From the IMG/VR virus record IMGVR_UViG_3300009175_000009, positions 48,524 through 112,523 of that record: DNA of 64,000 nt; one strand, 5' to 3'. Each line of letters begins with the position of its first letter. Positions within the stretch are counted from its first letter, which is position 1. The stretch comes from a virus. Its lineage: Duplodnaviria; Heunggongvirae; Uroviricota; Caudoviricetes. A program made the translations under genes and the position numbers. The notes beneath the pieces were generated by a model that saw only the letters and a list, made by a program, of their open reading frames with translations, had not been told where the DNA came from and ran no database searches. Below, one piece after another: positions 46,546 through 56,555 of the stretch.

Positions 46546-46787
46546 AACGACTTCTAGCTCTAGCCCTGCTGGTTTTATGTATCGGCTGCGGCGAAACCAC
46601 GGTGGCCCCGACCAGTGACACCCTTCCCACGGGAGCGACGAACGTCCGCGAGGTGGGCAACGGCTGGTCTACCTTCGACTGGCAGGGGCATCATATTTTG
46701 TACCACAAGTTCAACTATCAGAACGGTGGCCAGATTTCCCGCAGCGAGTCGTTCTGCGTGATCAGCATGAAGGCGGAGAAGCCATGA
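46542..46787 (+). CDS. lipoprotein
   Basis: MKRLLALALLVLCIGC lipobox; AAGGAGG RBS embedded in the upstream RRRIQT codons. Confidence 0.5.
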   Translation: MKRLLALALLVLCIGCGETTVAPTSDTLPTGATNVREVGNGWSTFDWQGHHILYHKFNYQNGGQISRSESFCVISMKAEKP

Positions 46788-47002
46788 GAATCATCCACTT
46801 CTTGAAGAGGCTGTTCTGCGGCCATCGCACGTGGCGACTGGCGACCTACGGCGAGATCCCGCATCCGCGGGCCAACATGCCGGGGAACGCCAGCATCACC
46901 CTGGTGTGCGTGGACTGCTTGGCGAGTCGCTCATACTGGCTGGCCGATACATTCGCTCAGTACCAGCACAGCAACCGCAAGGCGATGGAGGAGCCCACAT
47001 GA
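46784..47002 (+). CDS. hypothetical protein
   Basis: ORF. Confidence 0.4.
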   Translation: MRIIHFLKRLFCGHRTWRLATYGEIPHPRANMPGNASITLVCVDCLASRSYWLADTFAQYQHSNRKAMEEPT

Positions 47003-47406
47003 GCACTTGCCGCTGCGGAACCGAAGTCACGACGCCCTATTGCCCGGCCTGCGGATTCAAGCAGACTGATGCGGAGAAGGCCCCGGCTATCGGCCTGCTG
47101 ATCTACCTGAAGGCCCAGCGGGCGAAGAGCCAGCAGTGGGCCGACAAGTTTGCGAAGCCGCATAGCTGCCTGAGCGACGGCGAACGTGCCCGCCGGTACG
47201 AGAAGCAGATGGCGACGGTGGCTCGATGGGATAGATGGATTGCCTGGGTGGAGGAGATGTCGAAGCCGCCCGTAGACCTAGCGGTTGCAAATATGGCACG
47301 AGGGACTAACGTCATGAAGGATCAGCCCGACCTCGTATGCGTGTGCGGCAAGACCATCGAAGGCGTATGCCCGCGGTGCGGCCAGAACATGGGAACGTGT
47401 AAATGA
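46999..47406 (+). CDS. zinc-ribbon protein
   Basis: GGAGGAG RBS; CRCG…CPACG … CVCG…CPRCG. Confidence 0.45.
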   Translation: MSTCRCGTEVTTPYCPACGFKQTDAEKAPAIGLLIYLKAQRAKSQQWADKFAKPHSCLSDGERARRYEKQMATVARWDRWIAWVEEMSKPPVDLAVANMARGTNVMKDQPDLVCVCGKTIEGVCPRCGQNMGTCK

Positions 47407-47834
47407 AGTGTCCTCACTGTCAAAAAGAAATCGACGTGCGAGAAATGGCCCATATCGAAAACTACCCCAACACAGTCTCGGCACGCATCATTCATTGCGG
47501 GCGACAGGTGTTCATGATCGACGGCAAGCAGGGCCTGTGGTCTCGGATGCCGCCGGACAAGAATAATCCCGGCGAGGCAGTGATGGCCATGATGAACGTA
47601 GGCAAGGGAGGTAAGGCACACAAGTTCTTTCCTTTGCCAAAACTCGATGCCCTACTGCGGCCCGCCCTGGCCGTCAGCAACCGTCAGGGTGAGCTTGCTG
47701 CGGCTATCGATGAATCTATTGCCGCCTTGAGACGCGACCTGCCTGCTCCGGTGCTGCTGCATGGTGAGAACTGTGCCTGCGGCAGCCATGTTTGCTACGC
47801 GATCCGAACACTAACGAAGGTGATGAAGCGATGA
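47403..47834 (+). CDS. hypothetical protein
   Basis: ORF. Confidence 0.45.
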   Translation: MKCPHCQKEIDVREMAHIENYPNTVSARIIHCGRQVFMIDGKQGLWSRMPPDKNNPGEAVMAMMNVGKGGKAHKFFPLPKLDALLRPALAVSNRQGELAAAIDESIAALRRDLPAPVLLHGENCACGSHVCYAIRTLTKVMKR

Positions 47835-48037
47835 CCCGACGCTACATACAAACCTGGCAGCCGATCACGGACACTTCGCCGCCGATGGATGTAGCCGTCG
47901 AGACCAAAATCAGCGACCACGAGGGCGAACGGAACATCCAGCGGATGCGGCGTGGTGGCTCGAACGGGCGACTGTGGTTCATGGATGGTGGCATGTACGT
48001 TTACTATCAACCGACGCACTGGAGGCATCAACTATGA
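47831..48037 (+). CDS. hypothetical small protein (MTRRYIQT…)
   Basis: ATGA overlap. Confidence 0.35.
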   Translation: MTRRYIQTWQPITDTSPPMDVAVETKISDHEGERNIQRMRRGGSNGRLWFMDGGMYVYYQPTHWRHQL

Positions 48038-48399
48038 TCACGACGCGACATTACAAGCCGGTACTTCCGCCAAAGGCTACCGTGCAAGAACGGGACTGTG
48101 CTGATCGCTGGATTCGCGTCACGGGCCGCAAGGAGTGCCGCACATGGCTTGTGGTTGGCAATCAGTACTTCGACTTCGGTCGCGGGTTCGAGTTCACGCT
48201 TGAAGAAGCGCATTGGCACTGCTGGATGATGGCCAAGGCTCTGCTGAAGATCGAGAGGCGGGCGGAGGGCGTCGTGCGTGCTGAAATCAACGCCATTACA
48301 GTCAAGGCGGCCCGCAGTCAGCGGGATACCGCGAAGTTCCTGAGCGGCCTGCGGAAGTTTGAGGACGCATCACGTAAGGTAAGGATTCATTGCAAATGA
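48034..48399 (+). CDS. hypothetical protein
   Basis: GGAGG RBS. Confidence 0.45.
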   Translation: MITTRHYKPVLPPKATVQERDCADRWIRVTGRKECRTWLVVGNQYFDFGRGFEFTLEEAHWHCWMMAKALLKIERRAEGVVRAEINAITVKAARSQRDTAKFLSGLRKFEDASRKVRIHCK

Positions 48400-48599
48400 A
48401 GGTACGCATGCTGACGCTTGAGTTCAATAATGGCCCGCCGCTGACGATGGTGGTTCCAGACGGATCCGTTCGTGATGGAGCCACCGTCACGGGAGTCATT
48501 CTAACCGAGGCCATCGACGCCCCGGACTTCTCCGATGATATGGTGCAGTCTGTGATCGAGAACGGTCGCCCCGTGCTGAAGCCCGTGAGGTCGAGATGA
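48390..48599 (+). CDS. hypothetical small protein
   Basis: ORF. Confidence 0.35.
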   Translation: MQMKVRMLTLEFNNGPPLTMVVPDGSVRDGATVTGVILTEAIDAPDFSDDMVQSVIENGRPVLKPVRSR

Positions 48600-48793
48600 T
48601 CGACGTACACGATACGATAGTGATCGGTCGCCACGCTAAGGCCACCGAATCTAACGAGATCGTCTTGGCTGCCGGCCCTGATAACCAATTGCGGTTCAAA
48701 GCGGACGGTCGCGTACTGCATAACGGCAGGCTGCTGGCCACCAACGTCGAGATCACCGACACCATGCTGGAGATACTGCGTGACTGCCGATGA
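48596..48793 (+). CDS. hypothetical small protein
   Basis: ORF. Confidence 0.35.
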   Translation: MIDVHDTIVIGRHAKATESNEIVLAAGPDNQLRFKADGRVLHNGRLLATNVEITDTMLEILRDCR

Positions 48794-49295
48794 AGTCGAA
48801 CACGCCGTGCGGAACATGCGGGCCTGGGGAAAAATGATCTGGATGCGGCAGATGCGTGTCGGGTCAGGCTTCGGCGACGACGGCGAGCGCACGATGGACT
48901 TATGGGGAATAGAATCCGACCGTCGCTGCCGGCGGGTATCCATCGAGATCAAAGTATCACGCCCCGATTTTCGCAGCGACGTTAAGAATCGCATGAAGCA
49001 ACGCCGGGCCAGGATGCTGTGCAACGAGTTTTACTACGCAACGCCTGGTGGCCTGCTGACGCACGATGATATCCCACAGTGGGCTGGGCTCATCGAGATC
49101 ATGCCGATCACAACTCGTGGCCAGAGATGGTGGGGAGCCCCTGGTGCTACGGTGTTTGGTAAGGTAACCGTAAGTGCGCCCTGGTTCGATTCCTCGGCCC
49201 CGACGTGGAGATTTGTTGCCAGCCTGGCACGCCGCATCGCCGCCGAGGAGAAGGTGATCGAACGACGCAAAATACAAACCCAAGGAGAATCATAA
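48780..49295 (+). CDS. hypothetical protein, possible PD-(D/E)xK nuclease fold; C-terminal …ERRKIQTQGES tag
   Basis: D…VSIEIKVS (D-x-EIK-like) block. Confidence 0.4.
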   Translation: MTADEVEHAVRNMRAWGKMIWMRQMRVGSGFGDDGERTMDLWGIESDRRCRRVSIEIKVSRPDFRSDVKNRMKQRRARMLCNEFYYATPGGLLTHDDIPQWAGLIEIMPITTRGQRWWGAPGATVFGKVTVSAPWFDSSAPTWRFVASLARRIAAEEKVIERRKIQTQGES

Positions 49296-49586
49296 GTGAC
49301 GAACGTACAACAGCATCTGGCCCTGCTGGGCCACAAGGTCAAAGACAAGGTCACCGGACTGGAGGGCGTCTGCTCGTCGATCTCGTTCGACCTGTACGGT
49401 TGCATCCAGGCGACCCTGGACCTCGGCTTCGACAAAGACGGCAAACGCCTCGACCAGTACTGGATGGATGTGTGCCGCCTGAACGTGATCAGCGAGAAGC
49501 CGGTCATGACGCAGCCCGACTACGTCGAAGGCCCCGTTGCCGAGGGTCATCATGGCCCCGCCGACAAGCCAGCCCCGCGACAATGA
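49296..49586 (+). CDS. hypothetical protein
   Basis: GTG start after AAGGAGAA. Confidence 0.4.
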   Translation: MTNVQQHLALLGHKVKDKVTGLEGVCSSISFDLYGCIQATLDLGFDKDGKRLDQYWMDVCRLNVISEKPVMTQPDYVEGPVAEGHHGPADKPAPRQ

Positions 49587-49726
49587 ACGACCGAACTATG
49601 AAGTGCCAGGAGTGCGGCTACTGGCCGTGCCGCTGCAACGCGATGGGCTGCTGGACGTTTATCGTGATGGTGGTGCTGACTGTAGCCGCTCTGGTTTGCC
49701 TCGTTCTAATGAGTCCGCGATCATGA
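49583..49726 (+). CDS. small membrane peptide (47 aa)
   Basis: CQECGYWPCRC plus C-terminal TM; ATGA overlaps both neighbours. Confidence 0.3.
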   Translation: MNDRTMKCQECGYWPCRCNAMGCWTFIVMVVLTVAALVCLVLMSPRS

Positions 49727-50067
49727 ACACCGATCTACAGAACTACTGCCCCGACAGTAAGTTTCCAAAGGATCACTGTCAGAAGTGTGGTGCCCAGCCG
49801 ACCAGGAGAATCAGCGGCATGCCATACGCATGGGTGTGTGGCAGCCGCATCGATTCCGATGGACGGGACCAACACTCCTTGGAGTGCCAGCTATCGGAGA
49901 TGCACATCATCAACCGCCGGCTGCGGTACGAACTGTTGTGCTGCGCCGTGCTGCCGTGCGAAACCGAGGAGGATTGCAACGCCGTATATGAGAACGAGGA
50001 CTTGCTGCACGTGTCTGAACGTCTGGGCCGATACATCGACGAACTGAAGCAAAAGCCGAAGTCATGA
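49723..50067 (+). CDS. Cys-rich hypothetical protein
   Basis: ORF. Confidence 0.4.
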   Translation: MNTDLQNYCPDSKFPKDHCQKCGAQPTRRISGMPYAWVCGSRIDSDGRDQHSLECQLSEMHIINRRLRYELLCCAVLPCETEEDCNAVYENEDLLHVSERLGRYIDELKQKPKS

Positions 50068-50390
50068 GCACAGATATTCACGTTTGTCAGCACAACCATA
50101 ACTTCTATGGTAAGTTTCTCGGTAAGCCAGGCGAGGAGTGCAGGACCAAACCCACCCTGGCCTTTGAGGAAATTCAGACGCCGGTGTTCTTCAGTGGCCT
50201 GGGCGGCAAGTCGGTTATGGACTATGTGATGGGCTGGACGACGTTCTACTGCGAGGAACACGCCAAGTTATTTACGCACTACACTGGGAGGCAGCCTCGA
50301 CCCATCCTGCCGCGTGACGTGACGAGCTACAACGAAATGATGGCCAGGATGGAGAGGCAGCAGAGTAGTGATGTCGGTCTACGTGGATGA
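50064..50390 (+). CDS. hypothetical protein
   Basis: ORF. Confidence 0.4.
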   Translation: MSTDIHVCQHNHNFYGKFLGKPGEECRTKPTLAFEEIQTPVFFSGLGGKSVMDYVMGWTTFYCEEHAKLFTHYTGRQPRPILPRDVTSYNEMMARMERQQSSDVGLRG

Positions 50391-50652
50391 TCTACGTGAT
50401 ACGTCTATGGCGTTTATCCGCAACTGGCCCTATGCTGAAGCCTGTCATCTTATGGCCGACAGCGACGCGGAACTCGAAGCGTTCGCCCGCAGTATCGGCT
50501 TGCGAAGGGGATGGCGGCACGGCGATCATTACGACCTAACCCGAGCACGGCGGGCAGTAGCTGTGCGAGCCGGGGCCATCGAGGTGACGGCCCGCCGACT
50601 TGTAGAAATAAGGAAGCAGCATGAGCACGGACGTTCTAATCGAAGAAGATGA
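50371..50652 (+). CDS. DUF4031-like protein
   Basis: MSVYVDD…HL.AD..ELEAFARSIGL…HYDL pattern. Confidence 0.45.
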   Translation: MSVYVDDLRDTSMAFIRNWPYAEACHLMADSDAELEAFARSIGLRRGWRHGDHYDLTRARRAVAVRAGAIEVTARRLVEIRKQHEHGRSNRRR

Positions 50653-50833
50653 CGCAGAAGACCTGCCCCCGAAGCGACCGTGTATGCGGTGTTATCAGAC
50701 GTTCCAGCCGAAGGAAAAGTACCACACGCTGTGTCATGGCTGCCGGTCGAAGCCCATCAACCTGAGCGCACGCGAGGCTAATCTAGAGCGAGCCAAACCC
50801 CAGGGCGGGACAGTGCCTGAATCATCTCGGTGA
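50621..50833 (+). CDS. small zinc-ribbon protein
   Basis: CMRCYQ…CHGCRS. Confidence 0.35.
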   Translation: MSTDVLIEEDDAEDLPPKRPCMRCYQTFQPKEKYHTLCHGCRSKPINLSAREANLERAKPQGGTVPESSR

Positions 50834-50836
50834 GCC

Positions 50837-50844
50837 GTGTCTGG
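50837..50844 (+). promoter_or_regulatory. GTGTCTGG + TTAGGC motif abutting ATG
   Basis: ATG 50851 six nt after motif. Confidence 0.4.
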
Positions 50845-50850
50845 TTAGGC

Positions 50851-51207
50851 ATGAACCAAGGCGACACCGACTTTCTGCATAATCTACTAACCCGCCTCGT
50901 CGCGGCCAACGATGCCTATCGTAAGTCAGAGTATCGTGGCCAGATCATGCGGTTCTCCGAGGACTTCGTGCGTGGCCGCGAGGTTATGTCCGACGAAGAC
51001 GTCAAGAACCGCATTAAGCAGATACTGGAAGACAGGCAGGCGGCCTTCATGAGTCGCCGCATGCCCGACGTTGAGACTGCCACAAACGCTATGATCGCCC
51101 TGGTACGGGAACTGACGAGGCCAGTCATAGTACGCCGCCGCATGCAGACACCGCCGCCCGAACCACCTGCACCGCCGCCATCATCGCGGCCTGGCTGGGA
51201 GCTTTGA
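50851..51207 (+). CDS. hypothetical protein; C-terminal …VRRRMQTPPP… tag
   Basis: ATG immediately after GTGTCTGGTTAGGC (leaderless-like). Confidence 0.4.
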   Translation: MNQGDTDFLHNLLTRLVAANDAYRKSEYRGQIMRFSEDFVRGREVMSDEDVKNRIKQILEDRQAAFMSRRMPDVETATNAMIALVRELTRPVIVRRRMQTPPPEPPAPPPSSRPGWEL

Positions 51208-51392
51208 TCATGAGCCTACTAGACTACTTACAGCAACGCCTGACCGCAGGCCAGAACGTCGGCCCAACCGAGATCAGAAACATGATCGATGATTATGCAT
51301 CCGAAAGCGGTGAGACCATCGGCGGAGACGAAGTGTTCTGGTTGATTTACGAGGGCCACATGAGCGACTACCCGCATGTCTGGATAGGATGA
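51204..51392 (+). CDS. hypothetical small protein
   Basis: ORF. Confidence 0.35.
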   Translation: MIMSLLDYLQQRLTAGQNVGPTEIRNMIDDYASESGETIGGDEVFWLIYEGHMSDYPHVWIG

Positions 51393-51583
51393 TGTTCGAC
51401 ATCGACCGCTATCTTGAAAGTCTATCGCCAGCGGCCCGCGAAGCCGTGCAGCGGTACATCAATACGCCGCCTGAACAGCAGCATTTATCCTCGGTGCTAA
51501 CGGTAAATCTGACGTTGGCCTTAGCTTACGAGAAGGAGAAACGCGATGCCCGAACGACGCCGGATGCAAACTATTACTCGTGA
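51389..51583 (+). CDS. hypothetical small protein
   Basis: ORF. Confidence 0.35.
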   Translation: MMFDIDRYLESLSPAAREAVQRYINTPPEQQHLSSVLTVNLTLALAYEKEKRDARTTPDANYYS

Positions 51584-52169
51584 GACGGTTATACGCCAGA
51601 CGCAGGAAGATTACGAGAGACGTCTATGGGACTGCGAGAAGTTTCACTGTGAGGTGTGCGGAGGGCTGTGCTGTCTCTATCCACGGCCATTCGTTAGTGA
51701 ATACTGCTGCATACTGAAGTGGATGCAGGAATATACCGACAATACCGGCGAGGAGTGGATTGAGATTGTCAGGCTAGTTGAGGGTCACGATAACACCACG
51801 AGTGGATCATGGGGCGATTCATCGTATATGCGACACTGGGGTGTAGTCGAGCAGCGATTTGAGTTGATCATTGTGGCCGGGCGCGAGGAACGCGTATTGA
51901 AGAAGGGCTGGTATCGTCTGCGTGATCGAGGACGCAGGTTCATTCGCGGCGAACTTCTTATTCCACGAATAGCTATCATATTTAAGAACGCTCTGTGTGA
52001 CTTCGCCTGTGAGGACGTCTCATTTAGACAGGCCACTGAAGTTCGTTTTGATTACAACGAACTCATGAACGGTCGCGTGGTGCGCAACGAGTTCAGACCA
52101 CCTCGCGTGTCGCACGAAGATATACTTAGGAGTCGAAGGCACATGGAAACTCTGGAGTTCGCACCGTAA
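51546..52169 (+). CDS. hypothetical protein; N-terminal MPERRRMQT tag
   Basis: ORF. Confidence 0.45.
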   Translation: MPERRRMQTITRETVIRQTQEDYERRLWDCEKFHCEVCGGLCCLYPRPFVSEYCCILKWMQEYTDNTGEEWIEIVRLVEGHDNTTSGSWGDSSYMRHWGVVEQRFELIIVAGREERVLKKGWYRLRDRGRRFIRGELLIPRIAIIFKNALCDFACEDVSFRQATEVRFDYNELMNGRVVRNEFRPPRVSHEDILRSRRHMETLEFAP

Positions 52170-52480
52170 TGCTTCTACTCCCTCCGTCCAAGGATATGTG
52201 CCCGGTCTGCGGCCACAAACATGAGCCGCATTTCCCTCATAACGCGAGCAGCATCTACTATCAAATGCGGTTCCGCGAACTGCGTGGCCGTTGGCCGACC
52301 TGGGCTGACGCCGCGGCACACTGCCTGCCCGGCATGATCGAGTTCTGGAAATCGCAACTGGGCGATCAGTGGACCGAACCGCCGCCCGGCATCGAGGTGA
52401 TCGCGGATCCGCCGGCGGAAAGCCTGAACCAGGCGGTCGGCGATCCGAATTCTCCGCATTTCGGCCCCGAAATGAACTAA
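52169..52480 (+). CDS. hypothetical protein
   Basis: ORF. Confidence 0.4.
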   Translation: MLLLPPSKDMCPVCGHKHEPHFPHNASSIYYQMRFRELRGRWPTWADAAAHCLPGMIEFWKSQLGDQWTEPPPGIEVIADPPAESLNQAVGDPNSPHFGPEMN

Positions 52481-52497
52481 TATCATATTGGCGGGCC

Positions 52498-52505
52498 GTG
52501 TCCAG
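52498..52505 (+). promoter_or_regulatory. GTGTCCAG + TGTGATAGGAGG motif
   Basis: 20 nt before ATG 52526. Confidence 0.4.
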
Positions 52506-52525
52506 TGTGATAGGAGGTATGAATC

Positions 52526-52876
52526 ATGTTGCTTTACGCTGTTAAGAACTTGAAAGATGGCTATATGTGTTCGATTCATACGAGCAAATCGGACGCGATA
52601 GCTAACGCCAAAGGACGCCTTAGCGTCGGACTAGATCAGCCGTGGTACGGCCATCGTGGTCGTGACGCCGTTGTTTTCGTTCCAAACGCGGTTGTCGATG
52701 AATACGACACGAGTGTCACCGACGACGTTATGCATAACGCCGTAAAGTACAAGCGTGTGTGGCCGACAGCCGCCGATCTGAAGATTCGATGGCTTGGTAC
52801 TGAATTGGCTGAAGATCAACGTCGTGGTGACCGTTGGCCCGATGAGTTGGCCCACGATATCGTGGAGATGATCTGA
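52526..52876 (+). CDS. hypothetical protein
   Basis: GTGTCCAG…GATAGGAGG upstream. Confidence 0.45.
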   Translation: MLLYAVKNLKDGYMCSIHTSKSDAIANAKGRLSVGLDQPWYGHRGRDAVVFVPNAVVDEYDTSVTDDVMHNAVKYKRVWPTAADLKIRWLGTELAEDQRRGDRWPDELAHDIVEMI

Positions 52877-52890
52877 TAAGGTGACAAATC

Positions 52891-53070
52891 ATGACTGGCC
52901 TGCAACTTCTGCAATGGCTTGAGGCGATACCGCGGCAGGAACTGGATCAGACTCAGGTAATCCTGGAGCTTGGTCGCCTGGACGAGAACACTCTGGTTAC
53001 GGCTAAGTACTACCGTGGCACGCCTGAATCACCTCAGCCGCAGCCGACGATCTATTTGATTCACAAATGA
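52891..53070 (+). CDS. hypothetical small protein (59 aa)
   Basis: AAGGTG RBS. Confidence 0.3.
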   Translation: MTGLQLLQWLEAIPRQELDQTQVILELGRLDENTLVTAKYYRGTPESPQPQPTIYLIHK

Positions 53071-53083
53071 TATTGAACCTCCC

Positions 53084-53091
53084 GTGTCTGG
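53084..53091 (+). promoter_or_regulatory. GTGTCTGG + ATAAGGCATAGGAGAA motif (best full-length example)
   Basis: intergenic between the 52891 and 53237 genes. Confidence 0.45.
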
Positions 53092-53236
53092 ATAAGGCAT
53101 AGGAGAATCACTATCGTGACCAATATTCTTGTAACCAGCGGCCCCGTACACGCTTTTACGACGGCCAGCTTTGGGAACCCGTGGCAAAGCGGTTGATGGC
53201 GGGCGTACTGAAGATCACTTTCCGAGTAAAGGACGT

Positions 53237-53608
53237 ATGATGGCTATGACGAAGAAGGAACAGCAGGCAATGGCAGACCTGCAGCAGGAACTCAGGCTGG
53301 CGAAGGCCATGCGGTTTACCGAGGACGTGAGGCCCGACGTTGCCCCGCCCAGCGGCAGCGGCCTGACCAAGGGCTTTCTCTACAACAACTACATCGGTGG
53401 CCACAGCGGGCCGCATGTTGAGCCCGCCTGTTCAGGCTGCGTCAGCCATGCCTTTGGGCAAGATGATCATACGACGACGCAGGATCCGAAGTTTCTGTAC
53501 TCGACACGGCTGCTGGCCCTGCGTGCCCTGCGTCATTCGGTCGAGATACAGGTAGCGACGCTTCTGGCGGGTATCGACCAGCAGATCGAAGAGGAGCTTG
53601 GAGACTAA
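53237..53608 (+). CDS. hypothetical protein
   Basis: ATG 53237 after AAAGGA. Confidence 0.4.
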   Translation: MMAMTKKEQQAMADLQQELRLAKAMRFTEDVRPDVAPPSGSGLTKGFLYNNYIGGHSGPHVEPACSGCVSHAFGQDDHTTTQDPKFLYSTRLLALRALRHSVEIQVATLLAGIDQQIEEELGD

Positions 53609-53871
53609 TGGAGAACGTTCCAAAACTATCGAAAGACGCTCGAATTCGCAAAACTCGGTATCAAAAGATCGAGGCATATCGTGTTATGCGTCAGGGTCAG
53701 ATCGGCAGGCGGATGTACAGATCACAAGCCATCGATGAACTGCTGGATTCCGCACTAGCGAATATTTCAGTTATTACGGAGACCGCTAGTGCGGACATAC
53801 TTGCACGTATTGATCGTTTGGAACGTGCTGTGTTTCCCGGTGATTTTACGAAAAGGAGTGATGGACAATGA
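53608..53871 (+). CDS. hypothetical protein
   Basis: ORF. Confidence 0.4.
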   Translation: MENVPKLSKDARIRKTRYQKIEAYRVMRQGQIGRRMYRSQAIDELLDSALANISVITETASADILARIDRLERAVFPGDFTKRSDGQ

Positions 53872-54842
53872 GCCGAACCCTGGTACGCAACAAGACGCCC
53901 GAGGATACGAACACTCGCATGTGCCGCCTGCTGCGACGCATGCCGATGATACCTCCCGGCAAGATCGAGGACGTCGAGGTGGTGATCAGTACCATCAAGG
54001 CCGGCGTACCCATCGATCTGGTGTCGATGCGTAACGCGATTCTGATGGGAAAGCGACCAGTCTCGCTGCGGTTCTCCAGTGACGTCATCACGAACGCCCT
54101 GAAGTACGAGGGCGGCACGTGGATGTCCACAGTGCCCTGCGAGCTATGGCAGATGGACGACGCCGTCCAGTATCTGCACGGCAATACCCTGATCGGCGGT
54201 CTGGGCTTGGGAGTTGCTCCCACATACGCGACTTACAATCGCCGGGTCAAGGGCATCACCGTCGTGGAGAACGACCAGCGTATCATCGACTTGGTGTGGC
54301 CGAATCTGTGCCGCATGGCCCTGCGGAAGGAATACCGACGCGTGGTGCGAGCCGACCTGTTCCAGTTCCTGAAGGACTGCCAGCCGGGATCATACGACAG
54401 CGGATTCTTCGATATCTGGCAAGGCACGGGCGAGTTCACGTGGAAGGAGCATGTCGTGCCCCTGCGAAGGCTTGCTCGCGGCAAGGTGCGGGAGGTACAT
54501 TGCTGGCTGGAGGATGAAATGCACGGCCAGCTATACCCGCCCCTGGCGTTCAGTTTGGCCCTGCCTAGCGACACAGGCATTCCGGACTACTATCGGGCCT
54601 TCAGCGACGTGGTGCGGCCACTGCTGCCCGACGTGCCCCGCCTGAGCATCGACGACCTGCGGCCCGGTACGCCAGACGCCGGCCTGTCCCTGATCAAGCA
54701 CCGCGAGGGCCTGCAAACCCGGCTTGACGTGCGATCCTGGGTTGCCCGCTACCTCGATGTGAGCAGCAATGACTGGGAGAGGGTGTTTGGTGAGTCGTGG
54801 GACCGTTGCGTGAAGGTACGAAATAATGATCGAAGCGGGTGA
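53868..54842 (+). CDS. hypothetical protein
   Basis: ORF, 324 aa. Confidence 0.5.
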   Translation: MSRTLVRNKTPEDTNTRMCRLLRRMPMIPPGKIEDVEVVISTIKAGVPIDLVSMRNAILMGKRPVSLRFSSDVITNALKYEGGTWMSTVPCELWQMDDAVQYLHGNTLIGGLGLGVAPTYATYNRRVKGITVVENDQRIIDLVWPNLCRMALRKEYRRVVRADLFQFLKDCQPGSYDSGFFDIWQGTGEFTWKEHVVPLRRLARGKVREVHCWLEDEMHGQLYPPLAFSLALPSDTGIPDYYRAFSDVVRPLLPDVPRLSIDDLRPGTPDAGLSLIKHREGLQTRLDVRSWVARYLDVSSNDWERVFGESWDRCVKVRNNDRSG

Positions 54843-55053
54843 CATAGTGATCCAGATACAAGGCCCGCGTGCGGGATGCGAGTTCATTGTCGGTGACGTG
54901 GACGGCAACCTCCTGCATGTGAAGCCGCGGGTTCACCACGATGGTGAGGATCGTAACTATCACTGGTCGCATCGAGACTACTATCGTGAACTGACGCCGC
55001 GGGAGCGCGGCGACGTGGTATGGCACAACAACCTGGGATGGGTGGCAAATTAA
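54826..55053 (+). CDS. hypothetical small protein
   Basis: ORF. Confidence 0.4.
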   Translation: MIEAGDIVIQIQGPRAGCEFIVGDVDGNLLHVKPRVHHDGEDRNYHWSHRDYYRELTPRERGDVVWHNNLGWVAN

Positions 55054-55105
55054 ATGGGTGGCGTTACTAAACAAGAGATCCACGATTAATTTGTAAGGCG
55101 AAATC

Positions 55106-55390
55106 ATGACAGAAAATGATCGAGTTGTGTTGATGCGTGAGGTGTGGAAGAACCTATCGGGCGTATCGCAGCAGACGCTGATTCGGTTCCAGAACGAGTT
55201 TGACTCGACGAAGCCCTACGATGAGTTCGTCGTCGCCCAAAACGATATTATCCGCACGTGTTTGGAACTGGAGCGTGCCGATATCGGGAAGATTGTGAGA
55301 AGCGAACTACAGCTTCCCGAGTTCCCTGAAGATCTCTACCATCGAGTGATGGCCGCGATAGGCCCAGGAGAAGATCATGTACCCGAGTAG
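55106..55390 (+). CDS. hypothetical protein
   Basis: ORF. Confidence 0.4.
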   Translation: MTENDRVVLMREVWKNLSGVSQQTLIRFQNEFDSTKPYDEFVVAQNDIIRTCLELERADIGKIVRSELQLPEFPEDLYHRVMAAIGPGEDHVPE

Positions 55391-55664
55391 CTGTTGTCAG
55401 AAGTGTGGTGACCAGATCGGCTGGCTGGGCCGGTTCTTCCAGGCACTGGGCCTGCCCCTGCACAAGTGCCAGCCGCACCGCGGCCCGCTACACGATATGG
55501 TGGTGAAGCTGCGGGCCGAACTGAACGCCGACCGGGCGGCGGCCAACGACGCGATTGCTCAGTACAAGGCGGGCAACATCACCTGGGAGCAGTGTCAGGA
55601 TATCTGCGTCAAGCACAACTATCGCTACGATCCAACTCTAGAAAGATTACGGTGTAGTTTATGA
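55377..55664 (+). CDS. hypothetical protein
   Basis: ORF. Confidence 0.4.
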   Translation: MYPSSCCQKCGDQIGWLGRFFQALGLPLHKCQPHRGPLHDMVVKLRAELNADRAAANDAIAQYKAGNITWEQCQDICVKHNYRYDPTLERLRCSL

Positions 55665-56512
55665 CGGGTATGCTCGTGATCACGAAGGCGGGCAAGGTGA
55701 TGATGAAGGTCATCGCCGACAGCCTGGGCCACAACGTCAATGCCCTGGTTATGTACATCAGGCCGCTTCTGGTCGGTGGACGCGTGCCGTCAGTCTACGA
55801 TGTCGAGCTACGATGTGCCTGGTCCAACTTTGGCGGGCCGCGAAACTTGGTGATCATAACCGAGACTGAGATCTGTTTCTCCGATGGTCGTGATGCTCTC
55901 GTGAATGAGAACTACCCAAACCCACGTTATCGCAATACGTTTGCTGACCCACGATTTAACCCGCGGTGTGATCGTGGCACTGTAGAAAACCTCATCGTTA
56001 TCGAGATCAATGACGTTCGGCAGCGTCCGGAGCGACTCCGAATCACGAGAACAGTCGAACGACGCAAAATGACGTCATGCTTCACCAGACGGCGGTCGGA
56101 TTCATATAGCCAGATACTGTCGTGCGTGCTGCTGGAGGAACTGCGGCCACTGGGCGAAGCACACGCCATGATGCTGATGTCCGACCGTATGGAGCCGTCT
56201 GGCGTGCGGATCAAGGTGCGTGATACTGGAGTCATCGTGGAGAACATTCGTGCGGGCCGCGAGTCGCCCAGCACGGTCCGACGCAGCTTATCCCTGGGCA
56301 CGGTCATGCTGGTTGGCCGCAACGGAAACAACAACACTAACGTGTGGGACATCGTAATGATCGGCCTGCGACCGCCCGAGGATTGCATCGAGCTACGCCT
56401 GGCTGAATACTATGGCTGGACAGTAGACCAAGTTCGCAGCATGACTGGCCACCAACGCCGACAGTTTCTGGACTTCATCGACAATCCCGTGGGTGAAGGT
56501 GGTGAACTATGA
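55661..56512 (+). CDS. hypothetical protein
   Basis: ORF, 283 aa. Confidence 0.45.
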   Translation: MTGMLVITKAGKVMMKVIADSLGHNVNALVMYIRPLLVGGRVPSVYDVELRCAWSNFGGPRNLVIITETEICFSDGRDALVNENYPNPRYRNTFADPRFNPRCDRGTVENLIVIEINDVRQRPERLRITRTVERRKMTSCFTRRRSDSYSQILSCVLLEELRPLGEAHAMMLMSDRMEPSGVRIKVRDTGVIVENIRAGRESPSTVRRSLSLGTVMLVGRNGNNNTNVWDIVMIGLRPPEDCIELRLAEYYGWTVDQVRSMTGHQRRQFLDFIDNPVGEGGEL

Positions 56513-56555
56513 TCGTGATTGCGTCATCGTATGATGAAGCCGTCGCCACTGAAAG